NCBI GenBank assembly: GCA_013239625.1
Contig: MU054001.1
Span: forward strand, 2,052,151-2,116,150
Direction of reading: 5' to 3'
DNA: 64,000 nucleotides
Origin: Lama guanicoe
Taxonomy: Eukaryota
This document shows, one piece after another, positions 62,522 to 64,000 of the stretch. The first letter of the stretch is position 1. Every line of letters begins with the position of its first letter. The translations under genes and the position numbers were made by a program. A model generated the notes under the pieces. The model did not search any database and was not told the DNA's origin. It saw nothing but the letters and a program-made list of their open reading frames with translations.

Positions 62522-64000
62522 ATACATGCATATGTGTGATTGCATGTAAGTTATATAAAAATTTTTTAATGAAAACAAATCAGCTGTCTATTGCCCACTG
62601 GGCTATATACTATTTTGATTGGCTTTACAAGTTGTGTTGCAGTTCTATTTAAAAATGTCAAGAGTCACAGATCATTTTCAGTATTTTGAGTCATGTGTGA
62701 AGTGAAAATTACCTTCCCCCAACACCTTCCATGGTTCCCAGCACTTTTCGTTCTCCAAACCTGTTTCTGATGCTATTCTTGCAAATACAGTGTAGCTCAA
62801 GCTGCAAAGACATGCCTGCTCAATCTCTTCTCCTTTCTGCCATTCCATGTTATGTGTTGGATTTTGATGTCTCCAAAAGGGTGAGAAGAGGGAAGCTGAT
62901 GGAGGAAATGTAGGGGCTGTAGTTTAGAAGCTGTGGGGACAGAAGGAAGGGTGATTGTTTTTCTGTCAGTTGGGTCATAGAGTTGTGCCATAGAAAATAA
63001 AGGAGAGTTAATGTCTTTGGAGCTAATTTCTTCGGAGCTAACTAACCTCTTTGGATTCAGAGACTATGTATGTGTTTCTAAATCAATTTCACTTAATGAA
63101 ACAGCTAGAATCAATTCCCTCTGTCTTTGAGTCTGTGTTCTTCAATCTTTGGTTTACAGTCTTGTAGACACTGTAGGCCTTTTGTGTATCTTTGTGTGCA
63201 TTTTATTGGAAAGTCTAGAGTATGAATATCTATTACCCACCATGCCAACCTGAAAGTCCATGGGAAAGATAGTAAAACCTTTTGGACAGTATGTGGTGCT
63301 CTGTTTCATCTCAGACCCTACTGCAGAGAAAACTGTGCTGGAAATCAGAATTGAAATGAGATAAATACTGCATTTATCTAATTTCATGAGAAACTTTGCA
63401 GACTGAGACAAAGAATACATTTTTTTCCCAACATTGTGTTCAACCTTGTGTTAACAAAAAGGTTGAATTACAGATATATGTAGCTTTTTTCAAATGTCTC
63501 TGATTTTTAAGGACTCTCCTGATTGTTCATTCAGATTTTTTTTTGTATCTTTCTATCTGCAGTGTTCCTCATTAAAAATCAGGATATGGGAAATGATGGG
63601 AGAGTTTAAAAGTTTAAAGTACATTCAGGAGTGCTCAAATATTTCACATACTGAGTCTTTATTTCTCCCTGCCTCGAAAGGTGCCTCTAATTGTGGCCCT
63701 TTGTTCCTGTGTTTTTTGTTCAAGGAATACCCCCCATATGCCAAGCCCTTGAGGCCTGCCCCTGGCTCGCACTAAGAGAGGCTCTCCCATGCTGGCGATC
63801 TGTGGACGCTCTGGGGAGAATGCATGGTATGAAATGATCAATCACAAAACCATTTTGCTGTCATTAAAACCTCTTTGTGAGTGATCACTGTTCTTTCTTC
63901 ACATGAGATAAAAATTAAAGACAAGTTGAATGAAAAATAATTGCTCTCCATTTCCAAAGGGGGAAATGAGGAAAAGAGGAAAGGAAACTTTCTCAAAAAA

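Noticed and set aside
1..64000. CRISPR array, operon or other prokaryotic system
   Set aside because: The sequence is clearly mammalian; no regularly spaced repeat-spacer array or gene-dense region was seen.

Overview
Mammalian non-coding DNA with a high repeat content. The three tRNA-Ala(AGC)-derived SINE copies resemble the camelid vic-1 type, so the source is probably alpaca, llama or camel. I found no host protein-coding gene; nearly all ORFs in the track are chance or repeat-derived. The window is a layered record of L1, L2, MIR, HAL1, ERVL/MaLR and ERV1-like LTRs, and hAT/Tigger DNA transposons, many with readable target-site duplications (TSDs). Main observation: a ~3 kb L1 at 43079-46046 (-) that keeps its full 5'UTR, an ORF1 broken by one nonsense codon, and its 3' end, but lacks almost all of ORF2, i.e. 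a half-L1-like or possibly spliced element. Other observations: two candidate frame-preserving microexons on + (21 nt at 22802-22822, 15 nt at 47468-47482), a fold-back palindrome at an L1 5' junction (13293-13320), and a solo LTR nested in an L1. Repeat subfamily names are from recognition by eye, and boundaries without a TSD are approximate.
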